This document shows, in pieces, positions 37,070 through 46,733 of a stretch of DNA of 54,985 bases (positions within the stretch are counted from its first letter, which is position 1; each line of letters opens with the position of its first letter). This DNA is from Candidatus Thorarchaeota archaeon SMTZ1-45. GTDB taxonomy: Archaea; Asgardarchaeota; Thorarchaeia; Thorarchaeales; Thorarchaeaceae. The notes beneath the pieces are model-generated. The model saw only the letters and a program-made list of their open reading frames with translations. It searched no databases and was not told the origin of the DNA. The translations under genes were made by a program, and so were the position numbers. The stretch is from the NCBI GenBank assembly GCA_001563335.1, contig LRSL01000033.1:1-54985 (forward strand), given 5' to 3'.

Positions 37070-38383
37070 ATGGAAAAACTTCCACTAGATGCACTACCTG
37101 ATGCACTACCCGATGCTATTGATGAAGACAAGTATGTCATCTGTACTTACTATGTTGGTCTCCCTCCGTTCATGGATGCTCGTGAGTTAGCGCATGCAGC
37201 TGCTGTTGAACAGAGTACTGGTACTTGGACCCTTGTGCCAGGAGAAACTCCTGAAGTTCGAAGGCGTCATGTTGCCAAAGTTATAGGAGTCTACGAAGTG
37301 CCCCAGCATGAGTACAGTATCCCAAAGGATATTGAGAGAAGAGAATATATCATGCAGGTTGCATTTCCCTGGGAGAATTTTGGTCAGCAGATACCAATGC
37401 TGCTCAGCACAGTTATTGGCAATATCTCCCTATATGGCAGAATCAAATGTCTAGACATGAAATTCCCGAAGAGCTGGCTTAAGGGATTCAAAGGTCCAAA
37501 GTTTGGTATCAAGGGTCTCCGGAAACTGTTGAAAATTAAGAAGAGACCTATCCTGAACAATATGGTCAAACCATGTGTATACACATCATGCCAGATGGGT
37601 GCAGATTTAGCCTATGAAGCAGCGGCTGGAGGTGCCGACATAATCAAGGATGACGAGCTATTGGCAAATCCAGATTTCAACACGCTTGAGGATCGCATCC
37701 CTCGGTTCATGGAAGCCCTTGATCGAGCAGACTCAGAGAAGGGGGAGAAGACGATCTACACTGTTAATATAACTGATAGACTTCCAAGAATGTTTGAGAA
37801 TGCAGAGAGGGCTATCGAGTTGGGAGCTAATGGTCTGATGATAAACTTTCTTGCAGTAGGTTACTCTGCATTCCGTCATGTGAGTGAAGATCTTGCACCA
37901 AAGGTTCCCCTTCTGGCTCATATGGATGTCACAGGAGCAATGACCTATTCACCGATAGTGGGCATCTCTTCAAACATAGTGACAGGGAAACTGCCAAGGA
38001 TCTGTGGTTCAGATATCACAGTGTTTCCCGCACCCTACGGAAAAGCCCCTGTTCTCAGAGAACGTTTCCTCAATGTTGCACATGACATGGTGATGCCTCT
38101 TCATAATATCGGACCGACAGCCCCAATGCCCAGTGGAGGTATCAGTCAAGGGCATGTTGAGGAGGTCATGAATGATCTTGGACCAGATATTGTCATCGGA
38201 ACGGGAGCAGGAATCCATGCGCATCCAATGGGACCACGTGCAGGAGCAATCGCGTTCAGGCAGGCGATCGAAGCCAAGATGCAAGGCATCCCCGTAAGCA
38301 GGTACGCAAAGGAGGAAGGACACGAAGAACTGAAAGTCGCCATGGAGTCTTGGGGTTCTGGAAGGACCGGAGCAGACCTCTAG
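37070..38383 (+). CDS. RuBisCO-like protein (form IV)
   Basis: EQSTGTW, GNIS, GPKFGI, VKPC, GADIIKDDE, LAHMD, PSGG and GAGIHAHP. The likely start is ATG at 37070. Confidence 0.9.
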   Translation: MEKLPLDALPDALPDAIDEDKYVICTYYVGLPPFMDARELAHAAAVEQSTGTWTLVPGETPEVRRRHVAKVIGVYEVPQHEYSIPKDIERREYIMQVAFPWENFGQQIPMLLSTVIGNISLYGRIKCLDMKFPKSWLKGFKGPKFGIKGLRKLLKIKKRPILNNMVKPCVYTSCQMGADLAYEAAAGGADIIKDDELLANPDFNTLEDRIPRFMEALDRADSEKGEKTIYTVNITDRLPRMFENAERAIELGANGLMINFLAVGYSAFRHVSEDLAPKVPLLAHMDVTGAMTYSPIVGISSNIVTGKLPRICGSDITVFPAPYGKAPVLRERFLNVAHDMVMPLHNIGPTAPMPSGGISQGHVEEVMNDLGPDIVIGTGAGIHAHPMGPRAGAIAFRQAIEAKMQGIPVSRYAKEEGHEELKVAMESWGSGRTGADL

Positions 38384-38398
38384 CCCAATGGTGATGAG

Positions 38399-39445
38399 GT
38401 GATGGTGGACTTTTCAGAACCAATTGATATTGCAGGTCTTGAAGTCAAGAATCGATTCGTGATGCCACCTATGGTAAGGAGTCTTGCATCGGAAGATGGG
38501 TCTGTGACGGATGCAGTTATCCAACATTACGAGGACCGCAGCAGAGGTCAGGTTGGTCTCATTATAGTGGAGGCAGCCGCCATAGCTTGGGAACACCGTA
38601 TTGGTATGAAGAATATTGGAATCCATGATGATAGGCTGATTCCAGGGCTCAAAAGGCTTGCAGATGGAATAAAAGCACATGGGGCACGAGCTTTCATTCA
38701 GATCAATCACTCCGGTTCGAAAACACACTTTAATACAAGATATGTTGGTCCTTCCAACATCCCAGTTGTGAAACACAAAATACCTGAGCCACTTTCTTTA
38801 GAAGAGATTTATGACATAACACAGAAGTTTGTCGACGCCACAAGAAGAGCTATGGAGGCGGGATTTGATGGTGTGGAAATCCATGGCGCTCATTACTATC
38901 TCTTGAGTGAGTTTCTTTCAGGCTACACGAATCGTAGAAACGATGAGTATGGAGGAACTACAAAAAAGAAAGCGAAGTTCTCTGTAGAGGTGATTAGAGC
39001 TATTCGAAGAGAGTTAGGCGACTATCCACTCATCTTCCGCATGAATGGAGTCGAGAATGTTGAAAATGGAATCACAATCGATGAAGGCATTGAGATTGCC
39101 AAGATTATTGAACATGCAGGGATTGATGTACTCCATATCTCCTGCGTTGTTGACTCAACATTCAATCCAGGGTTGCCTCCAGTGTTTGACAAAGAATCGC
39201 AACCAGATTTTCTCAAGGACTATCCATATGATTCCTGCATACCGATTGCTGGAAAAATCAGACCTCATGTTAGTGTGCCGGTGATTGGAGTTGGAGAGGT
39301 TAGAGATGCAATACTTGTAAAGAAAGTCGAGAGAGATAACATGTGCGATATGCTTGGTATTGGTAGAGGCTTACTTGCAGACCCGTACTTCATTCAAAAA
39401 ATCTTGGAGGGTCACGAGGAAGACATTATTCCATGGAAAGAGTAA
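38399..39445 (+). CDS. NADH:flavin oxidoreductase (old yellow enzyme family)
   Basis: KNRFVMPPM, QINHSG, AGFDGVEIHGAHYYL, NRRNDEYGG and GRGLLADP. Confidence 0.92.
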   Translation: MMVDFSEPIDIAGLEVKNRFVMPPMVRSLASEDGSVTDAVIQHYEDRSRGQVGLIIVEAAAIAWEHRIGMKNIGIHDDRLIPGLKRLADGIKAHGARAFIQINHSGSKTHFNTRYVGPSNIPVVKHKIPEPLSLEEIYDITQKFVDATRRAMEAGFDGVEIHGAHYYLLSEFLSGYTNRRNDEYGGTTKKKAKFSVEVIRAIRRELGDYPLIFRMNGVENVENGITIDEGIEIAKIIEHAGIDVLHISCVVDSTFNPGLPPVFDKESQPDFLKDYPYDSCIPIAGKIRPHVSVPVIGVGEVRDAILVKKVERDNMCDMLGIGRGLLADPYFIQKILEGHEEDIIPWKE

Positions 39446-39448
39446 ATG

Positions 39449-39910
39449 TCATTCAATACTCACGAAGAATTGCCAGCCACAAGGGCAGTCTAGGTAACCG
39501 TGGTACAATACTCCAGCTAATGGACTTGTGTGGTCTGCTATAACAGCAGCTAATGGATCCCTCACGAAACCACTTGTTCGCCAATCAGAGCCAGTATAAA
39601 ACGTGATTATTTCACTTGTATTATCAGAAAACTCGATTAGAAAATATGCTGTATAATCAGCATCGTATGCACCTTGAGGATATGTCCAGTACATGAAGGT
39701 GAATGTTACCTCATGAAAATTCACCACGTACGAGGTGTTATCTCCTGCGTCATAGATTTCACTGATATAACAAATCTCCCCGGTTTCTTTAACATACCCG
39801 ACACCCCAATATCGTGTATCCAAGTATGCCATGTAGGCTAAGAGTCCAACTAGTGAGATGATTAGTATACTAATAACAAAAAAGATGAGAATCATTCGGT
39901 TTCGTTTCAT
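39449..39910 (-). CDS. hypothetical membrane-anchored protein
   Basis: MKRNRMIL... N-terminal TM followed by a small beta-rich domain. The likely start is ATG at 39910. Confidence 0.65.
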   Translation of the reverse strand: MKRNRMILIFFVISILIISLVGLLAYMAYLDTRYWGVGYVKETGEICYISEIYDAGDNTSYVVNFHEVTFTFMYWTYPQGAYDADYTAYFLIEFSDNTSEIITFYTGSDWRTSGFVRDPLAAVIADHTSPLAGVLYHGYLDCPCGWQFFVSIE

Positions 39911-40026
39911 AACATAACCACCCAAGACTAATTCTCTTTCACAACATCCTTTTTTGACACGCCTCAACTGTCTTTATGGAAGAAAATCTTTATGCATTTT
40001 TTCAAAGTTGGCACTTTGGATGAGTA

Positions 40027-40935
40027 CTATTTCTCAGGGTATCTAGCAGCTTCAGACCTGAATCTTTGACCTTCATTGAAGATTTCCTTTGGATCTGTTA
40101 CAATGAATGCGAATCGATAGATCATCGTTGTTGCAGTACTTGACCAGAAGAAATACTCTGGAGGGAGAATGAATGCCTCACTCCATTTTGTACATAGAGA
40201 ACTGAAAAACTCCTCTAACTTTGGTTGCGAGCACGTTCGTTCCACCTCAATATCGAAAGTGTACCTATAGACCTCATCTCCTCTGGTGAGGAACTTTAGC
40301 TTCTCCACCACATCCTGAAACCTTGAGTCTTTGTCATCGTCTGGATCAAAAATTTCATGTTTGTAGCTCATGCCGCGCTCATCAAAGTAGTCGTCAATTC
40401 TAACCCTGAAATTTGTAAGTCGGGAGTCAATCGTTGTGGAGTTTGGAACGAATTGTCTTGTGTGGTCAATTCTTAGGACTCGTGTGTAGTTGAGAGTGAT
40501 CTCAAGGACAATTCCTTCGGTTTCCCCAAGGCGGATATAGTCACCAACTCGAAAAGGTCTTGCAACAAGTACATAGAGACCACTGACAATGTTTGAGAGA
40601 GCTCTAGAGAATGCAAGACCTATGGCTGTACCAATGAGCGCACCACCGGCAACAACATACTGAGCTATGGACTCACCAACTGCTGATAGAAAAATCAGGA
40701 GCGCGATTGAAAAGAAGAACAGCCTTATTCCGAAGATTGTACCACCTGTCGCTTCTCTGGGCATTCCCACCTTCTTGAAAGACATCTTAATGGAACGAAT
40801 TACTATCAGGTAAAAGATGTAAAGAATTATGAAGAAAGGTATCAAAGCGATGAAACCAGCATAGTTTCCCAAACCTGAAGGGCCGAGTAGGCTTGTCAGG
40901 TATGTGATGAAGTCAGAGAATATATCCTGCAACAT
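40027..40935 (-). CDS. small-conductance mechanosensitive channel (MscS family)
   Basis: AIGLAFSRALSNIVSGL...RPFRVGDYI...EGIVLEITLNYT...VPNS. Confidence 0.9.
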   Translation of the reverse strand: MLQDIFSDFITYLTSLLGPSGLGNYAGFIALIPFFIILYIFYLIVIRSIKMSFKKVGMPREATGGTIFGIRLFFFSIALLIFLSAVGESIAQYVVAGGALIGTAIGLAFSRALSNIVSGLYVLVARPFRVGDYIRLGETEGIVLEITLNYTRVLRIDHTRQFVPNSTTIDSRLTNFRVRIDDYFDERGMSYKHEIFDPDDDKDSRFQDVVEKLKFLTRGDEVYRYTFDIEVERTCSQPKLEEFFSSLCTKWSEAFILPPEYFFWSSTATTMIYRFAFIVTDPKEIFNEGQRFRSEAARYPEK

Positions 40936-41035
40936 TAATCAGGCTCTCGGAGTGATAGGTCGAGAGTACGTTTGTACGATTAATTCTTTTGGGTGGGAGC
41001 TAGCCCTTATTACAAAGAAATTCAGATGTGAAAGT

Positions 41036-42031
41036 ATGAGATGGATGGAGGTAATCAGTCAGAAGATTGTCGACTGGTTGTTGGGCCCGGAGAATCCAGG
41101 AGTAAGATATTGGGCACTTCAGCAACTAAAAGATAGACCTGCTGATAATGCAGATGTTATGGAAGCTCAGGATGCAGTGATGGTTTCAGCATGTATCAAG
41201 ACAATCATGAAGGCTCAAAAAAGTGAGGGTCACTGGGGCACCTATGGGAATATGTATTTACCAAAATACAAGGCAACTACACATAATCTGTTGATTCTTG
41301 CTGAGCTAGGAGCAGAAAGAACTGTAAAAATAGAGAAGGCAATTGAGCATCTTTTTTTGTATCAACGGAACTCAGGGCATTTTCTCACAGATATCCCCAA
41401 GACTGAGAAAGGATATGCAAGTGTTGTAAACGATGGGTGCTGTCTAGATGGGAATATCTTGTATTATCTGATTCATTTTGGATATCTGGATGATTCAAGA
41501 ACTCAGAGGCTCATTGACTTCCAAGTGGAGTATCATTCAGACGATGTAGGAGGCTGGAAGTGTAGAGCCTTTCCAATTGACAGGAGTAAAGTGTTTCCAG
41601 AGAACTGTTACATGGGCGGAGTGAAAGTACTCAAAGCAATTGCACGAATCCCGAAAAAACGTAGGTCGAAGGATCTAGATCGCATAGTTCGTCAAGAAAC
41701 AGAGATCCTGTTAGAGAATGAGATCTTTAGATATCTTCAAAATCCAGATGGAACTAGAAAAGAAAAGGCAGGTTGGAAGAAGTTCGGTTTTCCACTTTTT
41801 TACCAATCGGATGTCTTGGAGGTGCTTGATGTCTTGACTGAACTTGGAGTAAGGGACAAACGGATGCAGGAATCAATTGATCTTGTTATTAAGAGCAAAA
41901 CATCAGATGACAAATGGCTTCTCAAGAATACATACAATGGTAAGATGCTCTGTGAAATAGATGAGAAGAATAAACCATCAAAGTGGATTACGCTGAGAGC
42001 TGCTAGAGTCTTGAAGCGGCACCTTGGTTGA
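41036..42031 (+). CDS. prenyltransferase/squalene cyclase-like alpha/alpha-toroid protein of unknown function
   Basis: WLL..ENPGVRY, AQKSEGHW, Y.PKY..T, QRNSGHF, DVGGWKC, FGFPLFYQSD and PSKWITLRA. The start is likely at 41036 or 41045. Confidence 0.75.
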   Translation: MRWMEVISQKIVDWLLGPENPGVRYWALQQLKDRPADNADVMEAQDAVMVSACIKTIMKAQKSEGHWGTYGNMYLPKYKATTHNLLILAELGAERTVKIEKAIEHLFLYQRNSGHFLTDIPKTEKGYASVVNDGCCLDGNILYYLIHFGYLDDSRTQRLIDFQVEYHSDDVGGWKCRAFPIDRSKVFPENCYMGGVKVLKAIARIPKKRRSKDLDRIVRQETEILLENEIFRYLQNPDGTRKEKAGWKKFGFPLFYQSDVLEVLDVLTELGVRDKRMQESIDLVIKSKTSDDKWLLKNTYNGKMLCEIDEKNKPSKWITLRAARVLKRHLG

Positions 42032-42035
42032 ATCC

Positions 42036-42548
42036 TCAGCGCCTATTCTCTGGAATTGTCACCTTATACCCAACACCTGTATGGTTCCCTCTCAACTCCA
42101 TTAAGCCATATCCGAGTCCATAGCAGAATACAGTGGGTTCAGGTGTTATTTTGATGTAGGCAATTTCAACTCCTAACTCATCGGCATCTGCTTGAAGATT
42201 CATACGACCGATTCTTGTTTGACTCATTGCCCATCGCCCATCTGCATCATTGGCAGGAAGAATTTCGGCTGTTCCTCGGAACATCACATAGCTCGCTGGA
42301 GCAAACCGGACCCAGTAATGTGGAAAAGTCACAACTAGGGACACATTGGGATTTCGTCTAATGTTTCGAACCTTCACGTAATTTGCTCCAGCTATGCTAT
42401 ACAGAGCAAAAGGTTTCTCTGGAGGTCCAACAGCATAAATAATTCCAGTACTATGGGGTCGCCCCTTAGAGTCAATCGTCGTGATTACTCCAAACGTCTT
42501 CTTTCTTACTTGTTTCTCTACAAAATCAAATGAAAATCGAGTCATCAT
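42036..42548 (-). CDS. pyridoxamine 5'-phosphate oxidase-like (FMN/F420 split barrel) protein
   Basis: GVITTIDSKGRPH...KVRNIRRNPNVSL...FRGTAEI. Confidence 0.85.
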   Translation of the reverse strand: MMTRFSFDFVEKQVRKKTFGVITTIDSKGRPHSTGIIYAVGPPEKPFALYSIAGANYVKVRNIRRNPNVSLVVTFPHYWVRFAPASYVMFRGTAEILPANDADGRWAMSQTRIGRMNLQADADELGVEIAYIKITPEPTVFCYGLGYGLMELRGNHTGVGYKVTIPENRR

Positions 42549-42566
42549 ATCAAATCCAAGTGACGA

Positions 42567-44144
42567 CTATTGATTCAGTCGTTTGTGCATTGATTTATTG
42601 TTCTTGTATATGTTAAGAAATTCTTTGAACAACGAATCGTAGAGAACACGATTATCAGGATTTGGTTCAAAGATATTTGAGAACTGAATGAGATTGGGAA
42701 TATCATCAAACGTACAGAATCCAAGGCTTGATGCAGCAATGAACGCCGCTCCTCGTGCATTCGCCATGATTGGGTCTTTTACCTGTCTAATAGTTCTATT
42801 GAGAACATCAGCAAAGATCTGGCACCAGATATCAGACCGAGCTCCTCCACCAATCATATTCACAGGATTCATCTTCCGTTTTATGAACCTCTCCACTAAC
42901 TCGAACAACCACCTAGTATTGAAAGCAACACCCTCGAAGACGGCACGAATCATGTTTCCACGTTTAACAGTCAGGGACATGTTATGAAGACCACCTCTGA
43001 TCGTGTGATCCTCGATGGGTGTTCGTTCACCATAGAGCCAAGGCGTAAAGATTAGCCCATTACTCCCTGGTGGTGATTCTTTAACAATCTCATCGAATTC
43101 TTGGTACACCTCGGGATTTCCCTTGCGAGAATCATCATCAGAATAGAAAACATTGTCTCTCAGAAACGTCAGACAGGCTCCAGCACTTTCCTGTTCATTG
43201 GCAACGAAATACTTGCCTGGGATTGAGGAGGGAACTGCAGCCATGTTGTGAGAGATATCTGTCTTTTTGAAGGGAACATGGCAAGTAGTCCAACTACTAG
43301 TGCCTATGTAGATATGACCCTCAAAGTCACGTACCGCTCCAGACCCAATTATAGCTGACTGAAGATCGGGAGACCCTACAACAACTTGCGTGTCTTCTCG
43401 TATACCCAATTCCTGTGCGATCTCTGGTTTTATTGGACCAAGGATGTCAATGGAACTCATTAATGGCGGGAGCTTTTCAGCATCAATGCCCATCTTCTTG
43501 ATGAGTCCGTTATTGTAGTGAACGTTGTTGATATCACGAATATCTGTGACCCAATGCAGCATGATTGAATCATAGGATGCGGCGAATTTTCCGGTCAGTT
43601 GTAAATTCATGTAGTCTTTGGGTTCCAAGAATTTGTATGTGGATTCGTAGACCTCGGGAAGTTCATTCTTCAGAAAGAGGATGTGGGCAGTTGGATCCTT
43701 TCCTGCTTTTGCAGGTAGACCACCGGTACTTCTAAGCCATCGAGCAATATTGAGGATTCCGTAACCCGAGATGTTTATGATACCCTCGTTTATTTCACGA
43801 ATATATGGCTCACCACGTGAGTCCATCCAGATGATCGCGTTGTGAAGATGATAACCACTTTCATCAACCGCAACCGTTCCAGACCATTGGCTTGACACAC
43901 AGATGGCAACTATTTCCTCAATAGGTACGATATTGCGGGAAAGAAGTCGTTTTGTGCTTGTGATAAATGCACTCCACCACTCATCGGGATCCTGCTCAGC
44001 ACCCCCACCATCATAGAGGTAGATAGGGGTTTCTTCAAACTCAAAGCCAAGGATCTCGCCGCATGTGTCTGCGAGTGCAACCTTCATTGCTGATGTTCCA
44101 TGGTCAACTGCAATCACATACTTCGTTTCTCTCTCAGAAGTCAT
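42567..44144 (-). CDS. FGGY family carbohydrate kinase (xylulokinase-like)
   Basis: AVDHGTSAMK, EQDPDEWW, IIWMDSR, IGTS, GERTP, RAVFEGVA and GGGARS. Confidence 0.92.
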   Translation of the reverse strand: MTSERETKYVIAVDHGTSAMKVALADTCGEILGFEFEETPIYLYDGGGAEQDPDEWWSAFITSTKRLLSRNIVPIEEIVAICVSSQWSGTVAVDESGYHLHNAIIWMDSRGEPYIREINEGIINISGYGILNIARWLRSTGGLPAKAGKDPTAHILFLKNELPEVYESTYKFLEPKDYMNLQLTGKFAASYDSIMLHWVTDIRDINNVHYNNGLIKKMGIDAEKLPPLMSSIDILGPIKPEIAQELGIREDTQVVVGSPDLQSAIIGSGAVRDFEGHIYIGTSSWTTCHVPFKKTDISHNMAAVPSSIPGKYFVANEQESAGACLTFLRDNVFYSDDDSRKGNPEVYQEFDEIVKESPPGSNGLIFTPWLYGERTPIEDHTIRGGLHNMSLTVKRGNMIRAVFEGVAFNTRWLFELVERFIKRKMNPVNMIGGGARSDIWCQIFADVLNRTIRQVKDPIMANARGAAFIAASSLGFCTFDDIPNLIQFSNIFEPNPDNRVLYDSLFKEFLNIYKNNKSMHKRLNQ

Positions 44145-44328
44145 TTCCTAACCCAATATTCTAGATGGTCAAACCGCCATATATAGAATGGCTCCGCCTG
44201 CATTTTTCATCTCGAGCTGGTCAGCATTCTAAGGTAGTGCTATTAGCAGGAGAGATCTCTCGATTCTCATAGGAAAAGAAGGTGTCGGAGTAACTATCTT
44301 TGAGCTACTCCTCAACCTTAACTGTGAC

Positions 44329-45350
44329 TTATCTCCTACGGATAAGCACAACCACAACTAGGATCACAATCACTATGCCCACTCCACCCATGAGTATCAA
44401 TGGGTAAGAGTGAGTCCAGATGATGGAGTCACAGTCACTATAATTGTATGGCTCACAGATCTACCTATGAAATCTGTGACTATTGCTGTTAAGTTCCATA
44501 CTCCTACCTCGAGTCCATCCAGTGAAACCGTTATTCGATCATTGTCATCGCTAATAGAACCAATCTGGACAGAGGTGTGGTTTCTAAGGACCTCATAAGA
44601 ACTAAGTAGATAATCGAAACTCCGCCATTCCACGGTTTCACCAGTAGTGCCAAACTCAATGCTGACGCTGTTTCCACTGGTGCTGTAGATATCAGGTGGG
44701 TTATAATCAGAAACCATCATCAGATAATGCGTCTGTTCTTCAGTTGTAGCATCATGTCCAACAATGGTTATGTTAGCAATGACCATGTTTTGTTGCCAAA
44801 ACCAGACGGATGCATTGTAAATAGTATCTGAGAATTGGAAACCATACTCAAATCCCCAGTACCAATATTGGTGTAACACTGAAAGCACACGCTCCTGAAC
44901 AACAATTGGTCCGTGAGGTCCAGAGGTCCAATTTAGAACAAGGTCAGTGTAAACTTCAAGGGACATACCACTAGGTAATGCAAATCTGCACCAATATCCA
45001 GCAACAACACCACCATATGAGAAGACATCAGTGAAATCATCGATTTCGGTCGTGACATTACCGGATGTTGTAAACCCAGTAACAGGTGCTTCAGGTAACT
45101 CAGTCCAGTCATTAAGGTCTGTAAACCCATAAGCACCTGGAGGAAGCTCGAACATGTCAGGTAATGGTGAATCAACTCGGAAGCTAACAATTTTGTCCTG
45201 ATACAGTCCATCGGATATGAATCGGAAGTCAATGTAGTCGCCCTCATTGATTCCCCAGTCGACACTAATAGAAGCAGCATCGGTTGCAATAAGACTCTAT
45301 GAAAAAACCACAAGAATTGAAAGGAATAATAGTATCATGTAGCGCCTCAT
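44329..45350 (-). pseudogene. secreted, C-terminally anchored surface protein disrupted by an in-frame TAG and a frameshift
   Basis: ATG at 45350 reads MRRYMILLFLSILVVFS, then TAG (45299-45297), then SLIATDAASISVDWGINEGD..., in frame with ORF 44397..45155. Near 44400 the anchor PLILMGGVGIVIVILVVVVLIRRR-stop lies in a shifted frame. Confidence 0.75.
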
Positions 45351-45440
45351 AGTTCTCCGCCAAATTGCATTGGAAAAAATCAGACATAAAAAAGTGTCTT
45401 ATATTTCCGATTTCAGAGGACAGAGAGTCCCAGAAACGTT

Positions 45441-46655
45441 CTAAATTTCGAGTTGCTCCACATTGCCATCTTTGTCTATTGACTCTATGATTAATGGAGA
45501 ACCCTGTCCTGTCATTGTATCTAGTTTGAGGTGTTCCTGCATAAGACCAAGAAAATCAAGTGGGGCAACACACGCTTCAGGAGGCAACACACCCTTTTCA
45601 GTGATTTTACCTCGATGCATTAGAATGGCTCCAAAAGCAGCAGGGATTCCCGTTCCCTCACCCATTGATTGGCCAATAGAGGACATCTGAAAATTGTATT
45701 GTCGAGGTTCACCATCTTCAACACCCTTTATCGAGATCTTTAGACAGCCTCGCTGCTCTCCAAAATCAGTTTCCTTAAGGATACGCTCCCTCTCTCTTAT
45801 GACATACGCTATTGCAAACTCTCTGGGTATCACTTCTTGCCCATCTACCATAATTGCTTCTTCATCAATGATACCAAGTCTGACAACATCTTGCGTTAAC
45901 TGGTAGTATTCAGGTGGAAGTACACACCCAAGATTGGTCACTCGTTTGCATTTGATGTATTTTGGTAATGTTATTGTTTCAGGGTGAGGATATGGATAGC
46001 AAGTATATGTTCCAATTTGATGGAAATCGACCTCTTCACGAAGAGCTATTCCATCCTCTTCAAAGTATTCAACGGTTGTGTATTCACCATTTAGATACAT
46101 TGGAATTGGGGATATCATGCTATGAATACGATGTGCAACTACAGCAGCACCTTCAGAGGGCTCACCACCGTGAGCGTGCAGAATGTCGATTGAATCGACT
46201 TCATCAAGCATATGATCAGAGCAGAATTTAGCAAGAAGATTAGCTACACCTGGAGAACTGCCCATTCCAATGAGTGCTGAAATACCTGCTCTTTTTGCTC
46301 TTTCATTCATCCTAAGGAGTCTTTGTGTGGCATCGAGATCGTCACAGACATCGACATAATCAATCTCGGAATCAATAACAGTTTCCAAAATTATTGGTCC
46401 AAGCTTATAGAAAGGTCCAGAGCAATTTAGTACAACGTCAGAGTCCTCAATTGCGTCCTTAATCAGTTCAGGCTCGGTCAAATCAACTCTGATTGATGAT
46501 AGACGTGAGTCTCCAATCTCAACCACATATTTGTCTGCTTTCTCGATATTGATATCTCCGATTACAATCTCATCAAAATCTGCTGTTGACACTAATGCCT
46601 TTACAGCTTGAATACCAACAATTCCACAACCACCCAGGATAATAACTCGAGGCAT
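45441..46655 (-). CDS. saccharopine dehydrogenase family oxidoreductase
   Basis: ILGGCGIVG, NCSGPFY, YVDVCDD, GMGSSPG, HPETITLP and GVLPPE. Confidence 0.9.
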   Translation of the reverse strand: MPRVIILGGCGIVGIQAVKALVSTADFDEIVIGDINIEKADKYVVEIGDSRLSSIRVDLTEPELIKDAIEDSDVVLNCSGPFYKLGPIILETVIDSEIDYVDVCDDLDATQRLLRMNERAKRAGISALIGMGSSPGVANLLAKFCSDHMLDEVDSIDILHAHGGEPSEGAAVVAHRIHSMISPIPMYLNGEYTTVEYFEEDGIALREEVDFHQIGTYTCYPYPHPETITLPKYIKCKRVTNLGCVLPPEYYQLTQDVVRLGIIDEEAIMVDGQEVIPREFAIAYVIRERERILKETDFGEQRGCLKISIKGVEDGEPRQYNFQMSSIGQSMGEGTGIPAAFGAILMHRGKITEKGVLPPEACVAPLDFLGLMQEHLKLDTMTGQGSPLIIESIDKDGNVEQLEI

Positions 46656-46733
46656 AGTGAGTTCTCAATATTATAACGTTGTAGATAAGCTTCACTGCTA
46701 TTCTGCCATATCCAGTTTCATATTAAGACTCTT

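Noticed and set aside
37088-37117. 12-bp tandem repeat GATGCACTACC(T/C) at the start of the RuBisCO-like gene
   Set aside because: Only about 2.5 in-frame copies encoding DALPDALPDA, so it is a trivial local duplication.
37070-38383. Bona fide carbon-fixing RuBisCO (rbcL)
   Set aside because: The K177 and R295 equivalents are substituted and the overall motifs fit form IV.
40904-41035. N-terminal extension of ORF 40904..42031 overlapping the start of mscS
   Set aside because: It would overlap the divergent gene and its promoter. The family-like sequence begins at M(RWM)EVISQKIVDWLL.
44287-44311. Imperfect hairpin GGAGTAACT-n7-AGCTACTCC downstream of the disrupted surface-protein gene
   Set aside because: It could be a terminator, but it has a mismatch and no adjacent T tract, so it is too weak to call.
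44933-45313. 126-aa ORF as a separate gene or as the frameshifted N-terminus of 44397..45155
   Set aside because: The true N-terminal part lies in the same frame as 44397..45155, behind an in-frame TAG. This ORF is an alternative-frame shadow.
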